Shown here: positions 19,055 to 28,426 of the stretch, piece after piece | How the letters are laid out: every line of letters begins with the position of its first letter | Position numbering within the stretch: position 1 is the first letter of the stretch | Assembly (NCBI GenBank): GCA_964482235.1 | Contig: CAYZWU010000010.1 | Span: 74,392-138,391, forward strand | Direction of reading: 5' to 3' | Length of the DNA stretch: 64,000 bases | From: an uncultured Phycisphaerales bacterium | GTDB taxonomy: Bacteria; Planctomycetota; B15-G4; CAYZWU01 | The notes under the pieces: model-generated | What the model was told of the DNA's origin: nothing | The model's database searches: none | What the model saw: the letters and a program-made list of their open reading frames with translations, nothing else | Translations under genes and position numbers: made by a program

Positions 19055-20807
19055 GGAAGAGTCGAGTGCCGCGGAGGAGCGTGCCGCCGCGGAGCTGGAA
19101 AAAGCGGCCGGCCAGGTGGAGAAGCTGCACGCCATGGCCCGCGAGGCCGAGGAGCTCGGCGAGCTGGAGGAGGCAAAGAAGCTGCATCTGAAGGCAAGGG
19201 AGATCGAGCAGAGGATCCATGAGACCCGTGAGGATCTCTTTCGCCGGAGGATCGAGGAGGGAGAGCGGGAACTCAAGCTGCTGAGAAAGAAGGCGGAGCT
19301 TCTCGAACAAAAAGGCCGCCTGGAAGAGGCGGAGGAAGTCCGCCGCAAGGCCCGGGAGCTGGAAGCCGGGCTGCATCGCGGCGCCCGGCAGCTGGGCGAG
19401 CGAAAGATGGACGATGCGGCCCGCCGCGTGGAGGAGCTGCTGCACCTGGCCCGCGAGGCCGCGGAGCGCGGCGACGATGAAGAGGCGGAGCATCTGCAGC
19501 AGGAGGCGGTCGAGCTCAGGGAGCGGCTTCACGATGCCAAGGCGCACGCGAAGCTGGAGGCGGGAAAGGAGGAGATCCACAGGCTGCTGCAGAAGGCGGA
19601 GGATCTCGACGACGCGGGCCGCCACGAAGATGCCGACGAGGTCCGCAGGAAGGCGGCGCACCTGGAGTCCAGGCTGGCCGAATTCATCAGCCAGCAGGAA
19701 CAGAGGCGGATCGCCGAGGCCGAGGGGCATATCCGGGAGCTGCTTCATGCCGCCGCCGAAGCCTGGGAGCGCGGCGACACGAAAGAGGCGGAAGAGCTCA
19801 AGAGGGAAGCCGCCGAGCTGTCACACGAAATCGAAAAAGCACGCGACAGGCGGGCGTTCGAGGTGAAGATCGACGCCGAGAAGGAGCGGATCCATGCCCT
19901 CTTCGCGAAGGCGGAGCATCTCGATCGCGAGGGTCGGCACGAGGAGGCTGATCGGCTCCGGGCGGATGCCGAGGCAACGGCACGCGAGCTCCAGGAATAC
20001 GTCCATGCCATGGACGAGAAAAGGCTGATCGATGTCGAGAAGCGGCTCGAACACCTCCACGCCCTGGCCCGCGAGGCCAAGGAGCGGGGCGATGAGGAGG
20101 AGGCGAGAGAGCTCTACATGGAAGTCCGCGAGCTGGAGTGGAAGCTGCACAACGAGCGCGAGCATCGGGAGGTGATGGCCCGCACCGAGGAGATGAACCA
20201 TCAGAGGAAGAAGCTCGTCGAGGCTTTGGAGCATGCCAGGAGGGAAGGGAATCACGAAAAAGCCGCCAAAATCGAGGAGAAGATCGCCCACGTGGAGATG
20301 GAGATGGACAGGCTTGTCCGGGAAATGGAAACGCACGAGATGGAGCGAAAGATCGCCTTCCTCGTCACCAGGGCGGAGGAGGCGCGGGAGGCCGGTCGCT
20401 CCGAGGAGGCGATGAAGCTGAGAAAGGAAGCCCAGGCGGTCGAGCGGGAACTGCACGAGATGCTCAGCGTCGGTGAGAGTGACAGCGAGGAGCTGCTTCT
20501 CCGGGAGATCGCCGAGCTACGCAGGGAGATCGAGTTCCTGAGGGAGGAGGTGCGCCAGCTCAACGGCGAGAAGGCCAGAGGGCGCGGCCCGACCCATTCC
20601 GCCGAGGCCGTCATTCGCCGGGTGTCGCGAGCGCCCGAGATCGGAGCGCTTCTCGATCGGCTCGAGGCCGGTCTGTTCGTGGGGGAGAGGTTCAATCCGA
20701 AAACAGGGGTCTGGGTTCTCGAGATCCGATCGGGCGAGAGGGGACGTGTTCTCGGCAGGGTGGTCGCAACGGACCAGGGCAAGGTGAAGCGGATCGAGCT
20801 CGAATAG
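18984..20807 (+). CDS. secreted His-rich tandem helical-hairpin repeat protein with a PepSY-like C-terminal domain
   Basis: Signal peptide MKKTAGFIIALLLILSTAALA. About 10 repeats of roughly 56 aa fitting the E.LLHLAREA.ERGD.EEAE.L..EA.EL...LH pattern. The C-terminus ends GKVKRIELE. Confidence 0.75.
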   Translation: MKKTAGFIIALLLILSTAALAQDREESSAAEERAAAELEKAAGQVEKLHAMAREAEELGELEEAKKLHLKAREIEQRIHETREDLFRRRIEEGERELKLLRKKAELLEQKGRLEEAEEVRRKARELEAGLHRGARQLGERKMDDAARRVEELLHLAREAAERGDDEEAEHLQQEAVELRERLHDAKAHAKLEAGKEEIHRLLQKAEDLDDAGRHEDADEVRRKAAHLESRLAEFISQQEQRRIAEAEGHIRELLHAAAEAWERGDTKEAEELKREAAELSHEIEKARDRRAFEVKIDAEKERIHALFAKAEHLDREGRHEEADRLRADAEATARELQEYVHAMDEKRLIDVEKRLEHLHALAREAKERGDEEEARELYMEVRELEWKLHNEREHREVMARTEEMNHQRKKLVEALEHARREGNHEKAAKIEEKIAHVEMEMDRLVREMETHEMERKIAFLVTRAEEAREAGRSEEAMKLRKEAQAVERELHEMLSVGESDSEELLLREIAELRREIEFLREEVRQLNGEKARGRGPTHSAEAVIRRVSRAPEIGALLDRLEAGLFVGERFNPKTGVWVLEIRSGERGRVLGRVVATDQGKVKRIELE

Positions 20808-20864
20808 GAGCGAGGCTCATGGGGGAAGCGATGCGCTTCCCGGCAGGGCAGCAGGTCTGATCAA

Positions 20865-20913
20865 CCGCCGATGCCAGCGTGTTTTTACTAAGCTGCTGGT
20901 ATCGGCGGTTTTT
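20865..20913 (+). terminator. rho-independent terminator
   Basis: Stem CCGCCGATGCCAGC / GCTGGTATCGGCGG followed by TTTTT. Confidence 0.7.
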
Positions 20914-21273
20914 GATGTTTGGTCTTGATTTCCCCTTAAAAGAGTGTGATTCGGGGTCCGAGCCGTAGGTTGCGAATCGGCCTTAGGATCGAGATGTCTT
21001 GCCTGGTAGGGTGTAACTCGTTTGTATTTATTTAATTACATTAGATCTTCTCGTGGAATTCCTCAAAGCGTGCACTGAGCGGGCTCACTTTTTTTCCTTT
21101 TCATACTTGATGAATAAGTCTAGAATGCTAATCAATATAAGAAGATTTATCTTTTGAATAAGCCTTTTTCGTTTTAAGTAGTTTTACCAGTGTCCTGATT
21201 TCATTGTCGTGGTCATTTCCCGATCAGACCCGGCGGTGTCGTTTTTGGCTTCTTTTTTCACAGGAGGTTCTTC

Positions 21274-22842
21274 ATGAGGTTCGTCACGCTACTACTTCTG
21301 CTTCTCCTCTCTCTTCCTGCTTTTGCCGCGGCAGATGATGGCGGCAGCAAGGTTTTCAAGGAAATCCCCGGTGTCAAGGAGTTCACCGGTCAGATGATCG
21401 TCCGCCCCATGCAGGTGGACGCCCTGGCCGCCCAGGGGCTCTCGATCGCCCAGGTCGCTGCCAAGCGCAGTGCCGCTGCATCGCGGCTCGACCAGATCAG
21501 GATCCGCTACGAGCAGCCCACTGATGAGCACATCGTCATCCTGCCGGATGGATTCGATGAGAACAGCTTCTCCCAGGAGCTGATGCGGACCGGCGACTAC
21601 CAGTACGTCGAGCCCGACTGGCTCTGCTATCCGATCGTCACCCCGAACGATCCCAACTACGGCTCGCAGTGGCACCATCCCAAGATCGATTCCCCCGAGG
21701 GTTGGGACCTTCATACCGGTACCACGAACATCACCGCCGCTTGGGTTGACACGGGCGTGGACAAGACCCACACCGATCTCGGCAACTTCGTTTCCGGCTA
21801 CAACTCGAGAGACAGGATTCCGGAGTCGCAGGGCGGCAACGTCAGTGACGTGAACGGCCACGGCACCAACTGTGCCGGCTGCATCGGCGCCCTCGGAAAC
21901 AACGGCGTGGGCATTGCCGGCGTCTGCTGGAACGTGGGCCTCATGCCGATCCGCTGCACCAACAGCTCGGGCGGAAGCGCCTACATGTCCGACCTGACCC
22001 ATGGTGCGACCTGGGCCGCCCAGAACGGCGCCAAGACGATCAGCGTCTCCTACTCCGGCGTCGAGAGCAGCTCGGTCCAGTCCTGCGGCGCCACGGTCCG
22101 GAACAACGGCGGAATCCTGATCTGGGCTGCGGGCAACGACAACAACAACCTCAGCTGGTTCGACCACGCTGACGTGGTCATCGCCGGCGCCACGGACCAG
22201 GGCGACAATCGCGCCTCCTTCTCCAACTACGGCCTGGCGATCGACGTGATGGCTCCCGGCGTCTCCATCTACACCACGAGGCGCTATGGCGGATACTCCT
22301 CGGTCAGCGGCACCAGCTTCTCCGCTCCCCTGACCAACGGTCTCTGCGCCCTGGCCTGGTCCTACTCTCCCGGCTCGAGCGCCGACGACATCGAGACCTA
22401 CCTCTTCGACGGGTGCGACTACATCGGCAGCAGCTCGACCTACGGCCACGGCAGGATCAACGTCTACGAGTCCCTGCTTCTCGCCGGCGGCGGACCTCCC
22501 GCGCCCGATCTCGACGTGACGATCGACACGGATGCCTCGTCCTACTCGCGCGGCGACTACATCTACTACGACCTGACGATCACCAACAACGGCGGATCCT
22601 CGGCGTCGACCAATTTCTGGATCAACGTCACCCTGCCGAACAGCAACATCTATCCGTGGAACGGCTACCTCGAAGGACCGCTCTCCACGTCGGTCAATGG
22701 CGGGGCCAGCCAGGTCTGGAACTTCTCGCGGCGTATTCCGAACGGTGCTCCGATCGGATCTTACTTGATGAACGGCTACATCGGCACCAACCCGCCCACG
22801 GCGGATGAAACGGACAGTACCCCGTTCTCGGTCACGTACTGA
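21274..22842 (+). CDS. secreted S8 (subtilisin) family serine peptidase
   Basis: Signal peptide, the Asp/His/Ser triad motifs DTGVD / HGTNCAG / GTSFSAP, and a C-terminal beta-rich domain. Confidence 0.9.
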   Translation: MRFVTLLLLLLLSLPAFAAADDGGSKVFKEIPGVKEFTGQMIVRPMQVDALAAQGLSIAQVAAKRSAAASRLDQIRIRYEQPTDEHIVILPDGFDENSFSQELMRTGDYQYVEPDWLCYPIVTPNDPNYGSQWHHPKIDSPEGWDLHTGTTNITAAWVDTGVDKTHTDLGNFVSGYNSRDRIPESQGGNVSDVNGHGTNCAGCIGALGNNGVGIAGVCWNVGLMPIRCTNSSGGSAYMSDLTHGATWAAQNGAKTISVSYSGVESSSVQSCGATVRNNGGILIWAAGNDNNNLSWFDHADVVIAGATDQGDNRASFSNYGLAIDVMAPGVSIYTTRRYGGYSSVSGTSFSAPLTNGLCALAWSYSPGSSADDIETYLFDGCDYIGSSSTYGHGRINVYESLLLAGGGPPAPDLDVTIDTDASSYSRGDYIYYDLTITNNGGSSASTNFWINVTLPNSNIYPWNGYLEGPLSTSVNGGASQVWNFSRRIPNGAPIGSYLMNGYIGTNPPTADETDSTPFSVTY

Positions 22843-22919
22843 GCCGGAGCGGTCTCTGATCGCATCGGAGACCCTCTGAAACCAACTCTGCCGGCTCGAG
22901 CCGGCAGCAAGATCGAAAA

Positions 22920-22952
22920 CCCTCCCGGTCTTTCAGCCGGGAGGGTTTTTTT
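22920..22952 (+). terminator. rho-independent terminator
   Basis: CCCTCCCGG, loop, CCGGGAGGG, then TTTTTTT. Confidence 0.8.
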
Positions 22953-22975
22953 ATGGGCGCCGTATCAACGGGCCA

Positions 22976-24076
22976 TCAAGGGCGGCGGATGCAGAGGACG
23001 GCTCCCGAGAGAAGCCGTGACGTTTCGACATCGACGATGATCAGGTTGAACTTGTAGAAGCTCCTGTAGATCTCGCCGAATCCGGTCAGGACGCTGTCAG
23101 CGCAGACAAACTTCCCGATCCGGGCCTGCGTGGTTTCATCAAAAGGATCCGAGTGCTGCAGCGCCAGTTCTTCGAGGATCGCTTCGATGTTCTGCCGTGT
23201 GAAGAAACGAACCTCTCCTCCGCCGGTCATCTGGAGCTCCGAGGCAACGTCCTGCAGGGTCTCGGTGCCAAAGGGGAAGTTCTTCCTGTTGCTTGTTACG
23301 GCATAGGCGGCGACTTTGAGGGGTTCGTCCCCGCAGCATCGGTTGGACAGCAGCTGACGGGCCATCTCCTGGACCGCGTTGTCGAGGGAGAACACATCGA
23401 CGGATGCCTGGTCGTCGGGGATTGTGAAGCGAACGCCGCCGACCTCTTCCGCCGTTTCGACGTTGATGATCCGGCATCGGATCTGCCATCCTTCGCCCTG
23501 ACGGACCTGCAGCGCACCGCACACGATGAAATGGACACCAGCGAACTTTCCAAGCCTGGCTGCCGTCCGGCTGTCGAAGAGGTCGGATCTCTGGCTGTGC
23601 TGCTCCCTGGCCGCCTCGTGGAGCTTTCTCCTGGTGTATACCTCGATTCGGTCGCGCCCTTTCTGGAGAAGGAGCGTGGCCAGGTCCTGGGCGATGGACT
23701 CGCCGAGAGCGGACTTTCTTCCTCGCTGCGAGAAATACGAGAGAGCCACCCGCGGTCTGGTGCTTCCCGACAGCCTTGCGAGCTGCTCGACAAGATCGTC
23801 CGCTGCCGACTCGATCTCTTCCAGGGCGACAAGGGATTTCGCGTCCTGCGAGGATCTCGATACCTGTCGCGTCACGGCGTTTGCCGAGGGCTGCGAGGAA
23901 CTCGCGCCGGCGCCGCTGTTCAGGCAGGCGGTCAGGCCGGGAAGGCAGAGAAGGAGAAGGCTCGCCGCAAGACCGATGCGGGCAAGGATTCCTGCCCGGG
24001 CGGCAGGCTGATGAGCTACTCTCTCAAACCTGAGTCGATCTCGTTCGTGATCTGCGAAGCGTAGTTGCATTCCCAA
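22976..24076 (-). CDS. lipoprotein with two tandem FlgO/CsgG/LpoB-like domains
   Basis: The LLLLCLPGLTAC lipobox is followed by two copies of the motif VA..YF...F......L...L..EL (seen as RVALSYFSQ and LKVAAYAVTS). Confidence 0.65.
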   Translation of the reverse strand: MGMQLRFADHERDRLRFERVAHQPAARAGILARIGLAASLLLLCLPGLTACLNSGAGASSSQPSANAVTRQVSRSSQDAKSLVALEEIESAADDLVEQLARLSGSTRPRVALSYFSQRGRKSALGESIAQDLATLLLQKGRDRIEVYTRRKLHEAAREQHSQRSDLFDSRTAARLGKFAGVHFIVCGALQVRQGEGWQIRCRIINVETAEEVGGVRFTIPDDQASVDVFSLDNAVQEMARQLLSNRCCGDEPLKVAAYAVTSNRKNFPFGTETLQDVASELQMTGGGEVRFFTRQNIEAILEELALQHSDPFDETTQARIGKFVCADSVLTGFGEIYRSFYKFNLIIVDVETSRLLSGAVLCIRRP

Positions 24077-25851
24077 AATTTTCGTTCCTTGTCAGCATCA
24101 TCTTCCAGGTTCGCATCGAAGAATTCCGTTCCGATGTAGCCGCGGATCGCATGCTCCGACTCCCTGGTCCGGACCGAGACTTCCAGCCAATTCTCCTCGT
24201 CGTTGCGCCGGATCACCCTGACTGCGGCATCATCGGGCGATAGCACTGCGAGAGGAGTATTGCCGTTCGGTTCATTCGTGAGCGGAGTCTCGGCAGTGAC
24301 CAGGCCGTGCTCGGTGAAGTAGAAGGCCGTGAAAGTGAACACGAGAGTTTCGCCCGGACGGATGACGCCCGGCAGCATCCAGGCGATCTTGCCCCTGCTC
24401 CACTCGGCGGATGTCGTGAATTCGGGGAGTTCATTCTTCTCCCTGGCATCGAGGTGGTTGAACGATCTCGTGCTGGAGCCGGATATGATCTTTCCCTCGT
24501 ATATGCCGTCGTAGAAGAGTCCTTGATCCAGGTAGTCGATGAACACGATGTTCTCGATGTCAATGCCGGTGAGTCTGGAATCTCCTTTTCCCGAGTTGTT
24601 CTCGAGGGTGAACCTGTACTCGATCCGGTCTCCGGGCTCGATCGATTCGGGCCCCTCCTTGATCAGCCGGACAACGTTCTCCGGTTGACTTGTTTCCCGA
24701 ATGAGCCGGCTTTCATACTCTTCCTTGTCCTCGTCGAAGAAGTGCTTCAGGTTCTTGTCGTACTTGATCACCTTGAAGAGCGTGTCGTTGCGTTCAGCCC
24801 AGAAACGGAAATTGAGCTTCGTTCTGTCTTCGTAGGTGATCTGCCGGGACCTCTCTTCCTGCTCACCGGACCTGCTCGATCTCTTGCGAATGACGGGGCT
24901 CTGGGAGTCGAACTTGCTGGAGCCTCTCTCTTCCTCTTTATTCGTCCTCAGACCCTCCTCCTCCTCCGTGACACTCGGTATCGTTCGCTCGCCGCTGCTG
25001 TCCTGACCCTCTCTCGTTTCCATGGTTTCGAGCCCGTCAGCCTCTTCCTCGACAGCCAGGGTCTCGGTGGACCTGATATCGGTCATGGGTGTGCTTTCTA
25101 TCGTGCTGGTCGGTTGCGTGGAGTCTTTTTCGGAGTGCTGCTCTTCTTTTATCTCCACCACCGCCTGCCCATCAGTACCCATTTTTACATGAAGCGATTC
25201 CGGTTCTTCTTCCTTCTCTACGCCAAGCTTCTCTACCGTCTTGCTCGCTGACGGTCCCGTCGATTCCGCCGGAGATATCTTCAAGCCGTCGGCTGTCTGC
25301 TTCTTGCGGATCGTGTCACTGCCTGGCGTTCTGACGAGTTGCTGTTTCTTCCTGGTTTGATTCAATCCGTCAACGTTATCTATGGCGACCAGGCCTTCGC
25401 GATCGGATTTTGCCACAGTGTTGTCGATGTTCAGCAGGCGGGATTGCACATCCGTGTTCTTGATCGTTTCCTGCCCCCCTTCCTTCTTAATGGCGGCAAG
25501 GGGATCGGTTTCCTTCCTGACCTCCAGCGGCTGCGTTATCTTTTCTTTTAACGTCCCTGATGCATTTCCCTCGTACATGGTCCTGTCGGAGAACATCTTG
25601 CTGCGGAAGTCGTACTGAAGAATTCCACTGTTCACGAAGACGATTTCCTCCTCATCTCCCGGATCTTCCAGGCCGCTGCTTTCCGTCAAGCGGGTCTCGA
25701 TCGTCTCCGAGAAGAAGGCGTATGGCAGCAGCAGCGGTTCCCCCGTCGAGGCGGGCAGGTTCCCGCCCGGTTCCGGGTTGACGGAGCCGGTGCTGCAGGC
25801 GGGCAGGCCCGGCAGAATTGCCAGGGCCGCGAGCAGGACGAGTCGTTTCAT
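24016..25851 (-). CDS. lipoprotein with a long acidic/Ser-Thr-Lys-rich disordered region and a C-terminal beta domain
   Basis: PGLPAC lipobox. GC is lower, about 50%. It overlaps the downstream gene by 60 nt. Confidence 0.65.
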   Translation of the reverse strand: MKRLVLLAALAILPGLPACSTGSVNPEPGGNLPASTGEPLLLPYAFFSETIETRLTESSGLEDPGDEEEIVFVNSGILQYDFRSKMFSDRTMYEGNASGTLKEKITQPLEVRKETDPLAAIKKEGGQETIKNTDVQSRLLNIDNTVAKSDREGLVAIDNVDGLNQTRKKQQLVRTPGSDTIRKKQTADGLKISPAESTGPSASKTVEKLGVEKEEEPESLHVKMGTDGQAVVEIKEEQHSEKDSTQPTSTIESTPMTDIRSTETLAVEEEADGLETMETREGQDSSGERTIPSVTEEEEGLRTNKEEERGSSKFDSQSPVIRKRSSRSGEQEERSRQITYEDRTKLNFRFWAERNDTLFKVIKYDKNLKHFFDEDKEEYESRLIRETSQPENVVRLIKEGPESIEPGDRIEYRFTLENNSGKGDSRLTGIDIENIVFIDYLDQGLFYDGIYEGKIISGSSTRSFNHLDAREKNELPEFTTSAEWSRGKIAWMLPGVIRPGETLVFTFTAFYFTEHGLVTAETPLTNEPNGNTPLAVLSPDDAAVRVIRRNDEENWLEVSVRTRESEHAIRGYIGTEFFDANLEDDADKERKFWECNYASQITNEIDSGLRE

Positions 25852-25858
25852 GATGCCT

Positions 25859-26647
25859 CTATTCTGCGGCAGGATGGCCGTCTGACCGTCCTCCCACCTT
25901 CAAATCCGCCACGTCTTCCTTGCCGAGCTGGAATACCCAGCTCAAAACCTCGCCTTCACTCATCATTTTCAGGTTCTCGTGGGTCAAGCTGTCGACGATG
26001 ACATTGCCGAACTTGGTCGTTTCGTTGGACTTGAGAATCCTGATCTTGCCGCCGGCGCTGAGTAGGACCTCGTCCCTTTTCTTGAGGAAGACATCGAACC
26101 TCACACTCTCGCCCACTTCCATGTCCTTCTGGAAATCCTTTTCGAAGCTCTCCCCTTCCATGTCCACCACGACATTCCCTTTCGCGTCCGGCGGAGGGAT
26201 CTTGACGAGAATACGGACGGTGGGGCGTTTCTTGACGACGAAGGAGCGCGGTTCACGACACGTGAAGAGGTCGGTCTTGTTGCCGTACTTGTCGAGGCTC
26301 GCCCCGGTCACGCGCCAGCAATAGGTTTCGCCGCCGGGAAGGAAAAGGCAGTCCGAATCCGATTCCGCAAGGGAGCTGATTTCCGAATCAGGCAGGTAGT
26401 CCAGCCCCCTTATGTCTTCCCTGCTGAACAGGACATCCTGAAAACCCGAATCCCTGGCGATCTCCAGGTGATACTTGATGTTCTCGCTGGGATCGGGGTT
26501 TTCCCACATGAATTCGGGGCAGTCACCTTTGGGCAAGTCTAGCTTCTCGTTGGGCAGCGGGCGAATAAGATTGATGTAGCTCGTACAGCCTGAGAAAACG
26601 AAACCAGCAACGAAGAGGAGGAGCAGCCCCCGGATGCAATATCTCAT
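25859..26647 (-). CDS. hypothetical lipoprotein
   Basis: FVFSGC lipobox. Third gene of a three-lipoprotein operon. Confidence 0.65.
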   Translation of the reverse strand: MRYCIRGLLLLFVAGFVFSGCTSYINLIRPLPNEKLDLPKGDCPEFMWENPDPSENIKYHLEIARDSGFQDVLFSREDIRGLDYLPDSEISSLAESDSDCLFLPGGETYCWRVTGASLDKYGNKTDLFTCREPRSFVVKKRPTVRILVKIPPPDAKGNVVVDMEGESFEKDFQKDMEVGESVRFDVFLKKRDEVLLSAGGKIRILKSNETTKFGNVIVDSLTHENLKMMSEGEVLSWVFQLGKEDVADLKVGGRSDGHPAAE

Positions 26648-26975
26648 TATTCACTCCAATCTGTGAAGGTAGGGGGTTTCCCGTAGAACGGTAAAATCGT
26701 GATGAAAAGAAATCCGAAACCCGTATTTGGACTTCACCGAGAGTAGAAGATTCCCGAATTGCTGTCAAGATTCAGGGATTCGCCGTATACGGCGAAGGTG
26801 TCGCGCCGTGTAGAAAGCGGAAGGATGAAGGAGAGGCGGTTTTTCGGACTTTTCGCTGTTTCAGGAACAACCTCTTCGTGTATCGTGTGGCAAGGTGGTA
26901 TTGAAGACCAATCTATGGGGTAGAGCATCTCCACGAGCAGACCAGGCAGTGTCGCCTGCCGGGAAAGGAATCACG

Positions 26976-28379
26976 ATGGGCGGAATATTCGGTGTCGTCT
27001 CCAAGGAAGATTGTGTACTCGACCTCTTTTACGGGACTGATTTCCATTCGCACCTCGGAACCAGACGCGGCGGCATGGCAGTGAGGAACTCGACGGACTT
27101 CAACCGTTTCATCCACAACATCGAAAACGCTCAGTTCCGCTCCAAGTTCGACGACGATATCGCGAAGATGAAAGGCAACAAGGGTATCGGGTGCATCAGC
27201 GATACGGAGGATCAGCCCCTGATCATCGGCTCGCACCTCGGCAACTATGCCATCGTCACGGTGGGCCGGATCAACAACATCAGCGAGATCGTGGATACGG
27301 CTTTCGAGAAGGGGACCACTCATTTCGCGGAGACAACGGGAGAGGGCTTCAATCCCACCGAAATAACGGCTTCGCTCATCGATACGGGAGAGACCATCGT
27401 CGATGGAATCCGCTGCAGCCAGGAGAAGATCGACGGCTCGTGCTCCCTGCTTCTCTTGACGGATGAGGGAATCTATGCTGCCAGGGATCGCCTTGGCCGG
27501 ACGCCGCTCGTCATCGGCGAGAGGGAAGGTTCCTTCTGCGTCACGGTGGAGACAAGCGCATTTCCGAACCTGGGCTACCGGATCAAGCAGGAGCTCGGGC
27601 CCGGTGAGATCGCGCTGATCACGCCCGAGGGTGTCGAGCAGAAAGCCCCTCCCGGCAACGAGCTCCGCATCTGCACGTTCCTCTGGATCTATTTCGGGTA
27701 TCCCTCGTCGACCTACGAGGGCCGGAACGTGGAGGAGGTCCGCAACCGCTGCGGCGCAGCGCTGGCAAGAAGCGACGACGTGACGATCGACTGTGTCGCC
27801 GGGGTGCCCGATTCGGGGACGGCTCACGCCATCGGCTACGCGAACGAGTGCCAGGTCCCGTACCTCAGGCCTTTCGTCAAGTACACGCCCACGTGGCCGC
27901 GGAGCTTCATGCCGCAGAACCAGGCCGTGCGGGATCTCGTCGCCCGCATGAAGCTGATTCCGATCCGCGAGCTCATCCAGGGGAAGCGGCTGCTCTTCTG
28001 CGAGGATTCGATCGTTCGCGGCACGCAGCTCTGCGACACGATCGCCAGGCTCTACGATTGCGGAGCGAAGGAGGTCCACATGCGTCCCGCCTGTCCCCCG
28101 CTGATCCACGGTTGCCGTTTCCTCAACTTCTCGAGATCCAAGTCGGAGCTCGACCTGGCTGGGAGGCGGTCGATCAGCGAGCTGGTGGGACATCAGGACG
28201 AGGTTCCCCTCGACGAGTATGCCGACCACACCTCGGACAAGTATGCCGCCATGGTGGATCGGATCCGCAACCGCCTCAACCTGACCACCCTCAAATACCA
28301 GTCCCTCCCGGACATGATCGAGGCTCTCGGCATGCCCAAGGAGAGGGTCTGCACCTTCTGCTGGGACGGGCAGGGCTAG
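26976..28379 (+). CDS. amidophosphoribosyltransferase (PurF)-like protein with Gly in place of the nucleophile Cys1
   Basis: The N-terminus is MGGIFG where PurF has MCGI. It has the PRTase motif LLFCEDSIVRGTQ and Fe-S type Cys residues near CPPLIHGC and CTFCWDG. An AAAGGA RBS lies 8 nt upstream of the ATG. Confidence 0.85.
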   Translation: MGGIFGVVSKEDCVLDLFYGTDFHSHLGTRRGGMAVRNSTDFNRFIHNIENAQFRSKFDDDIAKMKGNKGIGCISDTEDQPLIIGSHLGNYAIVTVGRINNISEIVDTAFEKGTTHFAETTGEGFNPTEITASLIDTGETIVDGIRCSQEKIDGSCSLLLLTDEGIYAARDRLGRTPLVIGEREGSFCVTVETSAFPNLGYRIKQELGPGEIALITPEGVEQKAPPGNELRICTFLWIYFGYPSSTYEGRNVEEVRNRCGAALARSDDVTIDCVAGVPDSGTAHAIGYANECQVPYLRPFVKYTPTWPRSFMPQNQAVRDLVARMKLIPIRELIQGKRLLFCEDSIVRGTQLCDTIARLYDCGAKEVHMRPACPPLIHGCRFLNFSRSKSELDLAGRRSISELVGHQDEVPLDEYADHTSDKYAAMVDRIRNRLNLTTLKYQSLPDMIEALGMPKERVCTFCWDGQG

Positions 28380-28426
28380 AAGCCCGTACATGGCCCCTCG
28401 TCACGAAATCGGATGAAAGGTCAGGG

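Noticed and set aside
20930-21010. tRNA-like T-arm fragment GGTTGCGAATCGG.
   Set aside because: No acceptor stem, anticodon arm or CCA context is recognisable. It is probably a chance match within AT-rich DNA.
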